Virus record (IMG/VR): IMGVR_UViG_3300049165_000025
Span: 1 to 24,863 of that record
Reading direction: 5' to 3' (one strand)
Length of the DNA stretch: 24,863 nt
DNA from: a virus
Lineage: Duplodnaviria; Caudoviricetes
Position 1 is the first letter of the stretch. Every line of letters starts with the position of its first letter. Shown here piece after piece: positions 15,544 through 24,167 of the stretch. The position numbers and the translations under genes are program-made. A model generated the notes under the pieces. The model did not search any database, had not been told where the DNA came from, and was given only the letters and a program-made list of their open reading frames with translations.

Positions 15544-15583
15544 TTATTAGACGCATACGCGACTCGATAGACCCATATGGGCC
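15492..15583. promoter_or_regulatory. second operator-like set, consensus GACCCATATGGGTC
   Basis: GTCTCATATGGGTC (15492), GACGCATACGCGAC (15550), GACCCATATGGGCC (15570), each preceded by TA. Confidence 0.55.
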
Positions 15584-15629
15584 GGTTGTGTGTTAGTGGG
15601 GTTCTTACGGTCTCAGGACGGATAGAGTC

Positions 15630-15872
15630 ATGGACGTGACCTCAGGAAAGCAGCCACCCCCAGGCAGATATGCCCGCGCCTTCTCGGAGCGCGTCCGCAT
15701 GGCCAGGGCGCGGGAGAGGATGACCGAGCAAGCGTTGGCTGATGCTTGTGGGATGTCCCGCACTTATCTCGGGAAGAGATTGAGGGACGATGTGCCCTTC
15801 ACATTAAATGACATGGAAGTGCTCTGTAGGGTTTTGCGGATCAAGCCACCCAAACTCCCTGTAGAGGATTGA
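15630..15872 (+). CDS. second XRE HTH regulator
   Basis: TEQALADACGMSRTYLGKRLRDDVPFTLND; may start leaderless at GTG 15636, 7 nt after TAGAGT. Confidence 0.8.
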   Translation: MDVTSGKQPPPGRYARAFSERVRMARARERMTEQALADACGMSRTYLGKRLRDDVPFTLNDMEVLCRVLRIKPPKLPVED

Positions 15873-15886
15873 GCGCCCCGAGGGCT

Positions 15887-17251
15887 CTACGCTTCGATCT
15901 GCGGGCGCAGCATGGCACTCAGTGACTCCATGCCCTCTATGAGTCTGCCGCTGTCTGTGCGCGTCTTGTAGGACCGCGTCATGGCCCGCGTGGAGTGTCC
16001 GACGATTGCCTGGATGATGTCTTCCGGAACCTTGGCGGCATACAGGAGTTCGACGGTGGTATGCCTAGCACCGTGGAGTACGACGTCGGCAGGGAGCCCA
16101 GCCTTGGCGAGTACCGCGGACCATGCCTTCGTTGCCCCGTCAGGGTCCCATGGGAGTCCGTTGCGGGTAAACACGAGCCCGCCTTCCCGGTCGCCAATCT
16201 GGAGCCGCAGAATGTCACTCAGCGGGTGGACAAGGGGGATGACGCGCCAGCCCGCGTTCGACTTGGGGCGCGTGAGGTAAAGCGTCGAGCCGAGTTTCCG
16301 ATACTCCCAGTCTGCCGGCGCTTTGGAGATGTCCGTGATGCGCTGGAGTTGCCACGACAGATCGAGCACGACGCCGACACGGTCAATCTCAAGTCCAAGG
16401 ATCTCCCCGCGGCGCGCACCTGTCAGGAGGTAGGTGGCCCACATTGCGGCGTCCTGCTTGTCCTGCTCATTATCCCCATCGAGTAGTGTCCCCAGATATT
16501 GCAGGAGTTTGACCGCTTGTGGTGCATCGAGGGCTTTCTGTTCGGCTACGCGCTTGCGGGGCCGGTCTACGAGGTCGCAGGGATTGTCGGTTAGCTTCCC
16601 CTCGCGCAGTGCCACCTTGAGCGCGGCGGATAGGGCGTTGTGTGCCAGTAGTGCGTAAGTGCTGGACAGCATGACCGTCTCGGGCGGCAGGTCGGTTCGG
16701 CCCCGGAGTTCCGGATCTTTGGGCGTTGACTGCATGACGGCATGGAGTGAGCGGATGTCTTGGGCTGTGAGTTTATCCAGGCGCTTCTTCCCAAGCAGCG
16801 GGACGATGTACCCGTTGACGACGGTCTTATATCCGGCGAGCGTCTTGGGGCGGATCTTCAGTGGGGCAATGTCGTCCATCCAGTGCGCCATCCATTTGGC
16901 TACAGTGGTGGAACTCGTGGCGATGTTGCCGTGCTTTTCCAGTTCGGCTTTGATCTTGCGCATTTCCCTGACGACTTCACCGTGGTCTTTGCGGCAGATC
17001 ACTTTGCGCCGGCGCTTCCCCTCAATCTCAGGGAGCTCCACGGCGGTGCACCACATGCCATCCTTGCGCTGGTAGACGGCACTCTCACCCTTTGGGCGCC
17101 TTCGCTTGGCAAGCTTGCGCCGTTCGCTGAGTTCGGCAAATTCGTCAGCCAACCATTGCGAGGGTTCTTCGCCGCGCTCTTTGAGCTTGCGCAGTACAAC
17201 CCTGTCGGCAACCCAGTTTCGCTCGTCCTCTTGCGTCCATTTCACGGCCAT
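15887..17251 (-). CDS. int: tyrosine integrase
   Basis: GARRGEILGL (R), PKS (K), HGARH (HxxR), VGH, RSY (Y); arm-binding-like GESAVYQRKDGMW. Confidence 0.95.
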   Translation of the reverse strand: MAVKWTQEDERNWVADRVVLRKLKERGEEPSQWLADEFAELSERRKLAKRRRPKGESAVYQRKDGMWCTAVELPEIEGKRRRKVICRKDHGEVVREMRKIKAELEKHGNIATSSTTVAKWMAHWMDDIAPLKIRPKTLAGYKTVVNGYIVPLLGKKRLDKLTAQDIRSLHAVMQSTPKDPELRGRTDLPPETVMLSSTYALLAHNALSAALKVALREGKLTDNPCDLVDRPRKRVAEQKALDAPQAVKLLQYLGTLLDGDNEQDKQDAAMWATYLLTGARRGEILGLEIDRVGVVLDLSWQLQRITDISKAPADWEYRKLGSTLYLTRPKSNAGWRVIPLVHPLSDILRLQIGDREGGLVFTRNGLPWDPDGATKAWSAVLAKAGLPADVVLHGARHTTVELLYAAKVPEDIIQAIVGHSTRAMTRSYKTRTDSGRLIEGMESLSAMLRPQIEA

Positions 17252-17379
17252 GCACCTTACGTTAGCCTATCCGTTAGCCAATGTCAGCGTCCGCTAGCCT
17301 ACGGTACTGAATACAGAACCGCTAGATTCCGGGGTTTTTGGCTAGATTCCGCGGTCTGATAACCCTTATTCTATCAACC

Positions 17380-17431
17380 GCGCACGACTCATAATCGTGA
17401 GGTCGGGAGATCGAGCCTCCCCACCGCTACA
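17380..17431 (+). other. attP core: 3' half of a CAT-anticodon tRNA
   Basis: CACGA-CTCATAA-TCGTG anticodon arm, GGGAG-ATCGAGC-CTCCC T-arm, CACCGCTA acceptor 3' strand; no 5' half; adjacent to int. Confidence 0.88.
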
Positions 17432-17436
17432 GACGG

Positions 17437-17472
17437 AAATCCCCTAGAACTCAACGGTTCTGGGGGATTTTT
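17437..17472 (+). terminator. terminator for the reconstituted tRNA
   Basis: AAATCCCCTAGAAC-TCAACG-GTTCTGGGGGATTT-TT. Confidence 0.85.
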
Positions 17473-17591
17473 GCTTGTTCGGACGAGTGCTAAAACGGGC
17501 TGAGAATAGCCATCCCTTTAGCCTATGACCCCTCGCCGTCTCAGCACATCCCAGCCCACCACAGCACACCTCACCAACCCCGGCGCACACG

Positions 17592-17632
17592 AAAAAGCCG
17601 CCCCCACCAACCCGCGAGGGCTGATGGGGGCG
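17592..17632 (-). terminator. terminator of the structural operon
   Basis: 15-bp stem CGCCCCCATCAGCCC/GGGTTGGTGGGGGCG (with G-U pairs) followed by GCTTTTT. Confidence 0.8.
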
Positions 17633-17763
17633 TTGGTGCGTGCTGCCTATTAATTGTCGGAGGGTCCTGCTACTGTCTGGTGATGATTATCCCCCCGAAG
17701 GAAGATCATAGGATGCCCCAGTTTTGAGACCACTGGGGCATCCCCTTAACCCCCGCCAGAGGA

Positions 17764-19431
17764 TTACAGAACCGGAGCCCATTCGTAGGCATCCGCTGCG
17801 TTCTTTCGGCAGATGTAAGCCTGGTCAGCGACACCCACGCCGCCTACGACTCGCACCATCCGGCCGCGCAATCCTGATGCTGCGGTAGGCAGTGCAGAGA
17901 CTGTCGCCAGTGGTGTGACTGGTGCAATGGCTATGGTGTCCGTGCTGCCCACGGTGGGGAACGCGCCACCGCTGATTACTCGATTGTTTGCGACATTGAA
18001 CCCATTGAAACTGGCGCCTGTTATTACGGTGGCCGTGGTGGTGTTGCCGGTGAAGATGTTGTCTACCATCGTCACTGATCGTGCAAATTCCCCCACATCC
18101 ATTCCGAGTGTGTTGTTCATGAACGTGTTGCCTTGGATTATCAGGGTGTTCGTCGCGTGCGTCGCCGTGCGGATAACCAGGCCCACAGCGCAGCCCGAGA
18201 AGACATTCCCCCTGACCGTGTTGTGATAAGTGCATTGCACTGCCCAACCGCCAGTTATGCCTTCGAATATGTTCCCTTCGATCAGGGACGCCGTTCCAGC
18301 CTTGTAGATGCCGGTCACACAGCCACGAAAAGTGTTCCCTGAGATGACGGAAGCCCCAGTATCTCCTGTCTCGAAGTTTCCAATGCCCGCGGTTGTGGTG
18401 AAGGTGTTGTTCGTGATGCTGGCACGAGCCCTTGAGAGGTGAATGCCCGTATTGTCAGCGTCACTCCCATAGATCGTGTTGCCAGTGATGATGACTTCAC
18501 CGACCCTTATCCCTGTGTCGCCGGCTGTTGCGTCGATAGTGGTATTGATCTGCACGCCGGAGTACGAGGCAAGCAGTGTGTTACCCGTGACGACGATCCG
18601 TCGTGGGCAGGCCTCGGCTCGACGGGTGTCGCCGTCGATGAGGATGCACTGGTCGCCTGCGATGGTGTTGCCGGTGACTGCCGCGTCGATGATGTTATTG
18701 CGGAACTTCACCGCGCCGCGTACAGGACCACCGGCGGCGCCGTTGTGGTAGGTGGGGTCGTCGTCGATGATATTGCCCTGCACTATCAGCCTGGATGATG
18801 TGGCGAGGACATTGTATGGTGCGGTCGTGCCTAGGTCGCCTGAGAAGTAGATGGCATGGTCGCCGAACTTCTCCAGTCGGTTGTTTATGAAGGCGATGCG
18901 CGAGCCGACACCCACAAGGCATGAGCCTCGTGCGTTGTAGACGTGGACGTTGCGGACGGTGGAGTTGCTGTTGGCCTGAACGCAGGAGAGCAGGTTGGAC
19001 TGTGCTGTTGCGGGGTTGAAGCCGCCGTCAATGCTGAGATCAGAGAGGGTCGCCCCGGTGGCGTCAATGACCCCACCTTCGCCGCCAGAGTCGAGCTTGA
19101 GCATGGTTGTGCCGACGCCTGAGCCGTAAATCGAACGCCGCTTCTGCGTGTTCAGCAGTGCGAAGCCGGTTGCCGCGACCAGTCGGTACGTGCCAGGGGG
19201 CAGGTAAACGTCACGGTCAGTAGCCAGCGCTGCGTTGATGGCCGCCGTGTCGTTGGCGATACCGTCGCCCACTGCGCCAAAGGTAGAGTCGCGAACGTTA
19301 GCAGGTCGGCGATCGAGGCCAATCGTGGCGTCAAGTGCCACGCGGGTATCCGATCCGGGGTCGTCTATTCTGGCTGCTGTTGCCCCGTCCAGCGCGACCG
19401 CTGTGAGGGGTTGGGGGTCAAGGAATCCCAT
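17764..19431 (-). CDS. tailspike / right-handed beta-helix putative depolymerase
   Basis: ANVRD..FGAVGDGIANDTAAINAAL pectate-lyase-3-type motif; repeated I.GN.F rungs; last gene of the tail module. Confidence 0.8.
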   Translation of the reverse strand: MGFLDPQPLTAVALDGATAARIDDPGSDTRVALDATIGLDRRPANVRDSTFGAVGDGIANDTAAINAALATDRDVYLPPGTYRLVAATGFALLNTQKRRSIYGSGVGTTMLKLDSGGEGGVIDATGATLSDLSIDGGFNPATAQSNLLSCVQANSNSTVRNVHVYNARGSCLVGVGSRIAFINNRLEKFGDHAIYFSGDLGTTAPYNVLATSSRLIVQGNIIDDDPTYHNGAAGGPVRGAVKFRNNIIDAAVTGNTIAGDQCILIDGDTRRAEACPRRIVVTGNTLLASYSGVQINTTIDATAGDTGIRVGEVIITGNTIYGSDADNTGIHLSRARASITNNTFTTTAGIGNFETGDTGASVISGNTFRGCVTGIYKAGTASLIEGNIFEGITGGWAVQCTYHNTVRGNVFSGCAVGLVIRTATHATNTLIIQGNTFMNNTLGMDVGEFARSVTMVDNIFTGNTTTATVITGASFNGFNVANNRVISGGAFPTVGSTDTIAIAPVTPLATVSALPTAASGLRGRMVRVVGGVGVADQAYICRKNAADAYEWAPVL

Positions 19432-19440
19432 AGTGCGCTC

Positions 19441-19803
19441 CTACGTAACGGTGATCGGTGGGCGGTTGCTGACGAGCCCGGTTACAGGGTCGCGGGTCAC
19501 CGCGGGCTGGGTGAACGTGACGGTCGGAGCGCCAGCACGGGTGATCTGGTACGCGGACACGCTGCCAGGGAACGACACCGAAGCGGTCCCCGAGTATGTT
19601 CCCTCCACTCCGTCCGGCCACTCGACCACAGCCGACGTCGGGGCTCCGTTCACATCCCGGGTCACCGCGCCCGCGAACAGTTGTGACGGGTCACGGGCGA
19701 GCTGCAGCAGTGCCGCCTCCAGATCATTCTCGAGCTGGGTCAACCGTGCCGCTGACAAGGGCGTGTTGCCGAGTACCCCGTCATTCCAGTTCCGTTTCGC
19801 CAT
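19441..19803 (-). CDS. minor tail / adaptor protein
   Basis: W.DG..GNTPLSAARL..LE N-terminal motif; coupled to tail genes. Confidence 0.65.
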   Translation of the reverse strand: MAKRNWNDGVLGNTPLSAARLTQLENDLEAALLQLARDPSQLFAGAVTRDVNGAPTSAVVEWPDGVEGTYSGTASVSFPGSVSAYQITRAGAPTVTFTQPAVTRDPVTGLVSNRPPITVT

Positions 19804-20720
19804 CAGATGTTCCCTCCGAGATCCCGCACAGCCCGCTTCAAATCGGCTATGTCTTGTGCTTGCTGTTGGACGACGGGCAGCAGCGCCACTCCGAGGAGGT
19901 CATACCGGACACCGTCGATCTCCCCGCCGTAACGGGTCACAATCTCCGGGAGGTGCTTATCGACTTCCTCAGCGATGAGCCCGAGTTCGTTCTTCACGCC
20001 CTCGAACCGTTGTGGTGGGCCTTCCAGCCTCACACCATCAGCGTCTTCCGGATATTGGTAGGTGGGTTTGCGGTCGTAGATCACCGAGCGGAGGTTCAGC
20101 ACTGCGTCACCAAGGCTGGTGTCGCGAACGTTTTCCTTGTACTTGATGGAGGACGTATTTCGACCGAAGTGGAACCCGCCGTCGTTGCCCACCCATAGGG
20201 CATAGAACTCGGTCCCGGCGACAGTGTTAGTCCACCCGTACTGTGACCCGTCAGCCTGGGCAGCATGGGTCGCTTCCGTGGCGTTCACCGCATTCGTTGC
20301 GTTCGCGACGGCTGAGGTGACGAGTGGGGCGAAGTTGGTTGGCTTGTCTGCGACGAGATCCCACGTCACTGCCTGCGCCCCGAGCTTCACCCATGCAGCC
20401 CCGACCAAGACTTCCACCCCGTACTCGCCGGGGTCAGTCTCCAACAAGGCGCCGAAGCGGGCAACAGGGTTAGTGCCAGTCGAGTCGAGCGCCGTGAACG
20501 TACCGTCAGTAGGGTCAACCTGCACCCCGACAGTTCCATCCTCACGCTTGAACTGCATCATCCCGTTCACGAGAATGCCGTTCGGGATCACACCGATACC
20601 CGCCGTCGCCAGGACGTTCGCGGCAGAGAACTGCTGCACTGCCTTTTCTAGTTCCTGCAGCCTGCGGATCTGTGAATCCTCGCCGGGGAACTGTCCACCG
20701 GGCATGCCTGGTTGGCGCAT
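19803..20720 (-). CDS. minor tail protein with C-terminal peptidase S74-like chaperone domain
   Basis: TSSIKYKENV, LGLIAEEVD...PEIV, GVRYDLL...coiled coil. Confidence 0.75.
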   Translation of the reverse strand: MRQPGMPGGQFPGEDSQIRRLQELEKAVQQFSAANVLATAGIGVIPNGILVNGMMQFKREDGTVGVQVDPTDGTFTALDSTGTNPVARFGALLETDPGEYGVEVLVGAAWVKLGAQAVTWDLVADKPTNFAPLVTSAVANATNAVNATEATHAAQADGSQYGWTNTVAGTEFYALWVGNDGGFHFGRNTSSIKYKENVRDTSLGDAVLNLRSVIYDRKPTYQYPEDADGVRLEGPPQRFEGVKNELGLIAEEVDKHLPEIVTRYGGEIDGVRYDLLGVALLPVVQQQAQDIADLKRAVRDLGGNI

Positions 20721-21838
20721 CAGACTCCCTCGATGTTAGTCACGTCAATGAGCGGTGTGATGGTCGTTTCAGTGAGCTCCCACCCGACACAACGAGCCGT
20801 GCCAACGAGTACGCCGGGGAACTCGGGTGCCTCGATGCTAAAGCCGATGTCGTCACCGATGTTCCAGTCACGGCCGAGCTTGGGGCCTTCCTCACGGTTC
20901 GCCGTCAACGCGAGCGCGAGAGTGCCATCCTTCATCGCGGCCAGTGCCCGTTGCGCGTGGGAGGTCAGGGTGTCAACTTCCTTGATCGACGTCGAGGGGG
21001 TCCACCTGTACTCAAACCGTGGCCGCTGATCAGTCGTGTTCGTCTGATGCGGCGACTGCGGGCGGGCATCCTCCACACCGGAAGACACCGCCATCACATC
21101 ATTCGCGCCCTCATCCGACCCGTACCCCTCGATCAACTCAGCATCCAACACAGAGCCGGGGAGATAGAACTGCGCTGCCGCGCCAAGCCCAGCCGGGGGA
21201 GCCGTACCGATCCGGTCAGAGACGGTCAAGACAAGGCCTAACTGCCGCTCATCCACCCACTCCCACCGGACAGTCCACTCCGACCCGCCAAGGACACCAG
21301 AGAGGTCACTGAGGACCGAGTACAGCGTCTTATCCTCGGCGTCCTTGAACACCCGGTCACGGGCCACACCGTTCCCGCCGATGATCTCCACCCGCAGAGG
21401 CAGCCCACGCTTAGTCCCGGTCTTCGCGTACTTCTCCGCGAGGTACTGCACGACGATGTTCTGCGCTGTTGCGTTGAAGTCCTCATCCCCGACGTAGACG
21501 CGGTCGAAGTATGCCTCAGCCGTGACGAGGGACATTGCCACGCCCGCGCCGGCTACCCGGTTGCGGCGGATAACCATCCCACCCCACAACGGCAGTCCGC
21601 GGGGTTCGTTTTCTTCCGGCTCGCCCAATGCCACCAGGAACACGGCGCCCGGACGTGTGGCCGTCTTCCAGTTCGGCGGCGGCATTGTGGTCTCATCCTC
21701 TGGGTCCCACGTCGGCAGTTTCGCCGTCTGAGACTCATACCGCATCAACGTCTGCTTCAGCGCCCCATCAACCTGCAGGGTGGGAAGGTCGGCGATGATG
21801 CTCCCGTCGTTCGCATTCACAGAAAGCCACGAGAGCAT
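20720..21838 (-). CDS. minor tail (baseplate hub-type) protein
   Basis: IIADLP, PLWGGMV..R, DWNIGDDI motifs typical of actinophage minor tail proteins; GGAGG RBS. Confidence 0.75.
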   Translation of the reverse strand: MLSWLSVNANDGSIIADLPTLQVDGALKQTLMRYESQTAKLPTWDPEDETTMPPPNWKTATRPGAVFLVALGEPEENEPRGLPLWGGMVIRRNRVAGAGVAMSLVTAEAYFDRVYVGDEDFNATAQNIVVQYLAEKYAKTGTKRGLPLRVEIIGGNGVARDRVFKDAEDKTLYSVLSDLSGVLGGSEWTVRWEWVDERQLGLVLTVSDRIGTAPPAGLGAAAQFYLPGSVLDAELIEGYGSDEGANDVMAVSSGVEDARPQSPHQTNTTDQRPRFEYRWTPSTSIKEVDTLTSHAQRALAAMKDGTLALALTANREEGPKLGRDWNIGDDIGFSIEAPEFPGVLVGTARCVGWELTETTITPLIDVTNIEGV

Positions 21839-21872
21839 CTACGCCTCCTACTATTCGGTTATGGTCTAGGGA

Positions 21873-22205
21873 CTAAGCGCGATGGTCAGGCTTGCCCTTG
21901 ATGCGATCCAGTGACGCCGTCGCAATCCGGGCTGCTTCTTCCGCCGTGGTGCTGGTGTTGATGTTCATGACGATTGGCGAAGCAGTCTTGGGATTTGGCA
22001 GCGGGTCCACTGTGCCACCCGGGGACGCCTGGGTGGTGTTGGGTATGGCCAGCAGGCCGCCACCCAAGCCCAGGACCGCAGCGGACAGCAGGAGCCATAG
22101 CTGCGAATCTTCCGGGCCGACGAGGCCGAAGAATGCGAGCAGTGGCATAGCGGCAGCGATGATGCCATAGATGTAGCGCCTGACTTCCGGGCGTGTGATG
22201 ATCAC
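21873..22205 (-). CDS. holin
   Basis: RRYIYGIIAAAMPLLAFFGLV and WLLLSAAVLGLGGGLLAI transmembrane segments; coupled to endolysin. Confidence 0.8.
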   Translation of the reverse strand: MIITRPEVRRYIYGIIAAAMPLLAFFGLVGPEDSQLWLLLSAAVLGLGGGLLAIPNTTQASPGGTVDPLPNPKTASPIVMNINTSTTAEEAARIATASLDRIKGKPDHRA

Positions 22206-23152
22206 TTTGCCCCCTCCACGGTGACGTCCACGGGCTCGACGTCGATGCTGTCGGGGACATCCACGGACTTGATTCCGGCATCCAGGATCGCGTCGAACTT
22301 CTTTGCGACCTGCAGTGCAAGTTGCTCCGCGTCGATGGGACCGGCGTTCGCCTCTGCGTATGCCTTGAAGGAGTCCCGCAACGCCGAGCGTGTCTCGTTG
22401 ATTGACGCCTCGTGGTACTGCTTGAAAAGTGTGGTTGTGAAGCTGTAAATCTTGTCGATGGACGCCTTGTGGTACTGGGCGAACAGGGTGGTGGTGAACT
22501 CGTAGATCTTGTCTACAGCAGCCATGTCAAGCTCCTCTTGTGGTGCGCTCTGAAAGGTGATGCCCCCGCCGATTGCTTCGGCATAGGCGGAAAGGAACAG
22601 GTCCCAGTCAAAGTGAGACCCTGGGTCGTATCGTGTGCCGGGGTTGGTTTCCCCGTGCCCGTAGAAGCCTGGGCTGGAGCCCGCGATGGCCTCTGTCGCG
22701 CTGATCCGGACTGCAGGGGTAGGCGATGCGAGGTACCCGTCTGCTACGGCCGTCTGCACCATGAGTGCTGCTGCGTGGGCCATGTTCACGACGACAGCGC
22801 GGCGGCGTTCCGGGGTCATCTCCAACCAGCGTGCAGCCTGCAAGCAGCCAGATACGGACATGGCGTGCGGGTTGTTCGTGGTATCCGCCCACGTCGCATA
22901 CCGGGGGTGCACGAGCGGGACTATGCTGTCCGCATCGGCTGTGGTGTGGTAGCTGCCGTAGTCGGTACGCCGGCCAAGAAAAGCAGCGTTGTTCTCAGCG
23001 TTGTTGTCTACACCCTCAAAGTCGGTGATGGCCTCAGAGGTGTGCACGCCGATGACACCGGAGAGGTGCACGCCCGGAGCTCCGAGCGGTGCGCGTTCCC
23101 ACCCGTACTGGGGGGTGTTCGGGTTCGGATTGTCCTGCAGGTAGAAACTCAT
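22202..23152 (-). CDS. endolysin, N-acetylmuramoyl-L-alanine amidase (Amidase_2-like)
   Basis: IGVHTSE, SYH, FYGH, RYDPG..FDWD Zn-amidase motifs; ATG 23152. Confidence 0.85.
   Translation of the reverse strand: MSFYLQDNPNPNTPQYGWERAPLGAPGVHLSGVIGVHTSEAITDFEGVDNNAENNAAFLGRRTDYGSYHTTADADSIVPLVHPRYATWADTTNNPHAMSVSGCLQAARWLEMTPERRRAVVVNMAHAAALMVQTAVADGYLASPTPAVRISATEAIAGSSPGFYGHGETNPGTRYDPGSHFDWDLFLSAYAEAIGGGITFQSAPQEELDMAAVDKIYEFTTTLFAQYHKASIDKIYSFTTTLFKQYHEASINETRSALRDSFKAYAEANAGPIDAEQLALQVAKKFDAILDAGIKSVDVPDSIDVEPVDVTVEGAK
22400..22513. repeat. 57-bp tandem duplication in endolysin
   Basis: DKIYEFTTTLFAQYHKASI / DKIYSFTTTLFKQYHEASI. Confidence 0.9.
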
Positions 23153-23859
23153 GGGTTCCCCACTATCGGCCCGGATGATTCGCACGTGTATGTGGAGGAT
23201 CCGGGAGGGTTTGGTGTGCACGTGTAGGCGGTGCCGGTCTTGTCAGTGAACGTGAATGATGTCGGGGACTGGCCGTCCGCGCCGGGGGTTCCCGGTTCGC
23301 CCTGTGGGCCTTGGGGTCCGGTCGAGCCTGGGACACCTTGCGGGCCTGTCTCTCCGGGTACGCCTTGCGGCCCTGTCGCGCCTGTCGCGCCGGTCAATCC
23401 AGTGGCGCCCGGTGGTCCGTCTGCGCCGTCAGCACCATTGGCTCCGGGAGGGCCGGTGGCACCCGCGTTTCCAGCGTCGCCCTTGCTGCCCTGTGGTCCG
23501 GGTATTCCTTGCGGCCCTGGGTCTCCGTCAACACCGTCAACGCCGTTCCTGCCATCAGCACCCTTGGGGCCGGGAGGTCCGGGAACAAGCTCAGTCGGGG
23601 CGGCCGCTATCTGGTCGGCCTTCTCGCAAAGGTTCCGGTCATCAATCACCAGTTGCCCGGTAGCGCACGCCTGCTTGACCTGCTCCGCGAGCGTTGCCGC
23701 GTTCGACTGCGCGACCTGGCCGCGCTGGGCCGCGAACGTCCCCCACATGAACACCGAAAGCAGCAGGGATATGGCAAGGACCGCGACTATTGAAGCGTAT
23801 AGGTTGCGTTTCCGCCTGATAGCCGCCGTGTCCGACCGGGTCTGCGTTGTTTCAGTCAT
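23149..23859 (-). CDS. membrane-anchored collagen-like protein
   Basis: N-terminal TM after RRKR, Cys pair, 35 uninterrupted Gly-X-Y triplets (23266-23580), C-terminal YTC...YTC domain. Confidence 0.85.
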   Translation of the reverse strand: MTETTQTRSDTAAIRRKRNLYASIVAVLAISLLLSVFMWGTFAAQRGQVAQSNAATLAEQVKQACATGQLVIDDRNLCEKADQIAAAPTELVPGPPGPKGADGRNGVDGVDGDPGPQGIPGPQGSKGDAGNAGATGPPGANGADGADGPPGATGLTGATGATGPQGVPGETGPQGVPGSTGPQGPQGEPGTPGADGQSPTSFTFTDKTGTAYTCTPNPPGSSTYTCESSGPIVGNP

Positions 23860-24146
23860 GCTTTCATGCCACCTTTCTTGGGGTACATGCAGTCCATGAG
23901 TGCCGAATACGTGGCGCGTTCCTTGGCTTCCGACTCGGACAGTTGCTTCTTGAGTCCCGCGATCTCGGTGTCCTTGCGGGTGATTTCTTCATCCTTGCGG
24001 GCAATGATGGTTTCCGTGTCTGCCCGGACGGCACGTGATTCCCGGAGCCAAAGCCACAAGAACGCGCCGATGACGATGAGTCCGAGACCGAAAAGTCCCA
24101 TCTGCGCCAGATAGGAGGATGTGATGTCGGTTGCTGCTTGTTCCAC
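23856..24146 (-). CDS. single-TM coiled-coil membrane protein (lysis cassette)
   Basis: [18 protein letters not shown] then [20 protein letters not shown]; GGGAGG RBS. Confidence 0.75.
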   Translation of the reverse strand: MEQAATDITSSYLAQMGLFGLGLIVIGAFLWLWLRESRAVRADTETIIARKDEEITRKDTEIAGLKKQLSESEAKERATYSALMDCMYPKKGGMKA

Positions 24147-24167
24147 ACGTTTGGCCCTCCCTACCTG

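Larger units (their letters stand above)
17261..17526. repeat. arm-type integrase binding sites flanking the attP core
   Basis: TAGCC-centred direct repeats at 17261, 17273, 17293 and 17505, 17517 (pairs 12 bp apart); GCTAGATTCCG repeated at 17321 and 17341. Confidence 0.65.

Noticed and set aside
17355-17431. Complete tRNA-Met/Ile gene
   Set aside because: No 5' acceptor strand or D-arm upstream; it is an attP core
15062-17431. Integration-dependent immunity system
   Set aside because: attP is not inside the repressor gene and the integrase keeps an arm-binding region
19235-23899. Long plus-strand ORFs (e.g. 19235..19978, 22412..23227, 23231..23899)
   Set aside because: Antisense shadows of GC-rich minus-strand genes with no independent motifs
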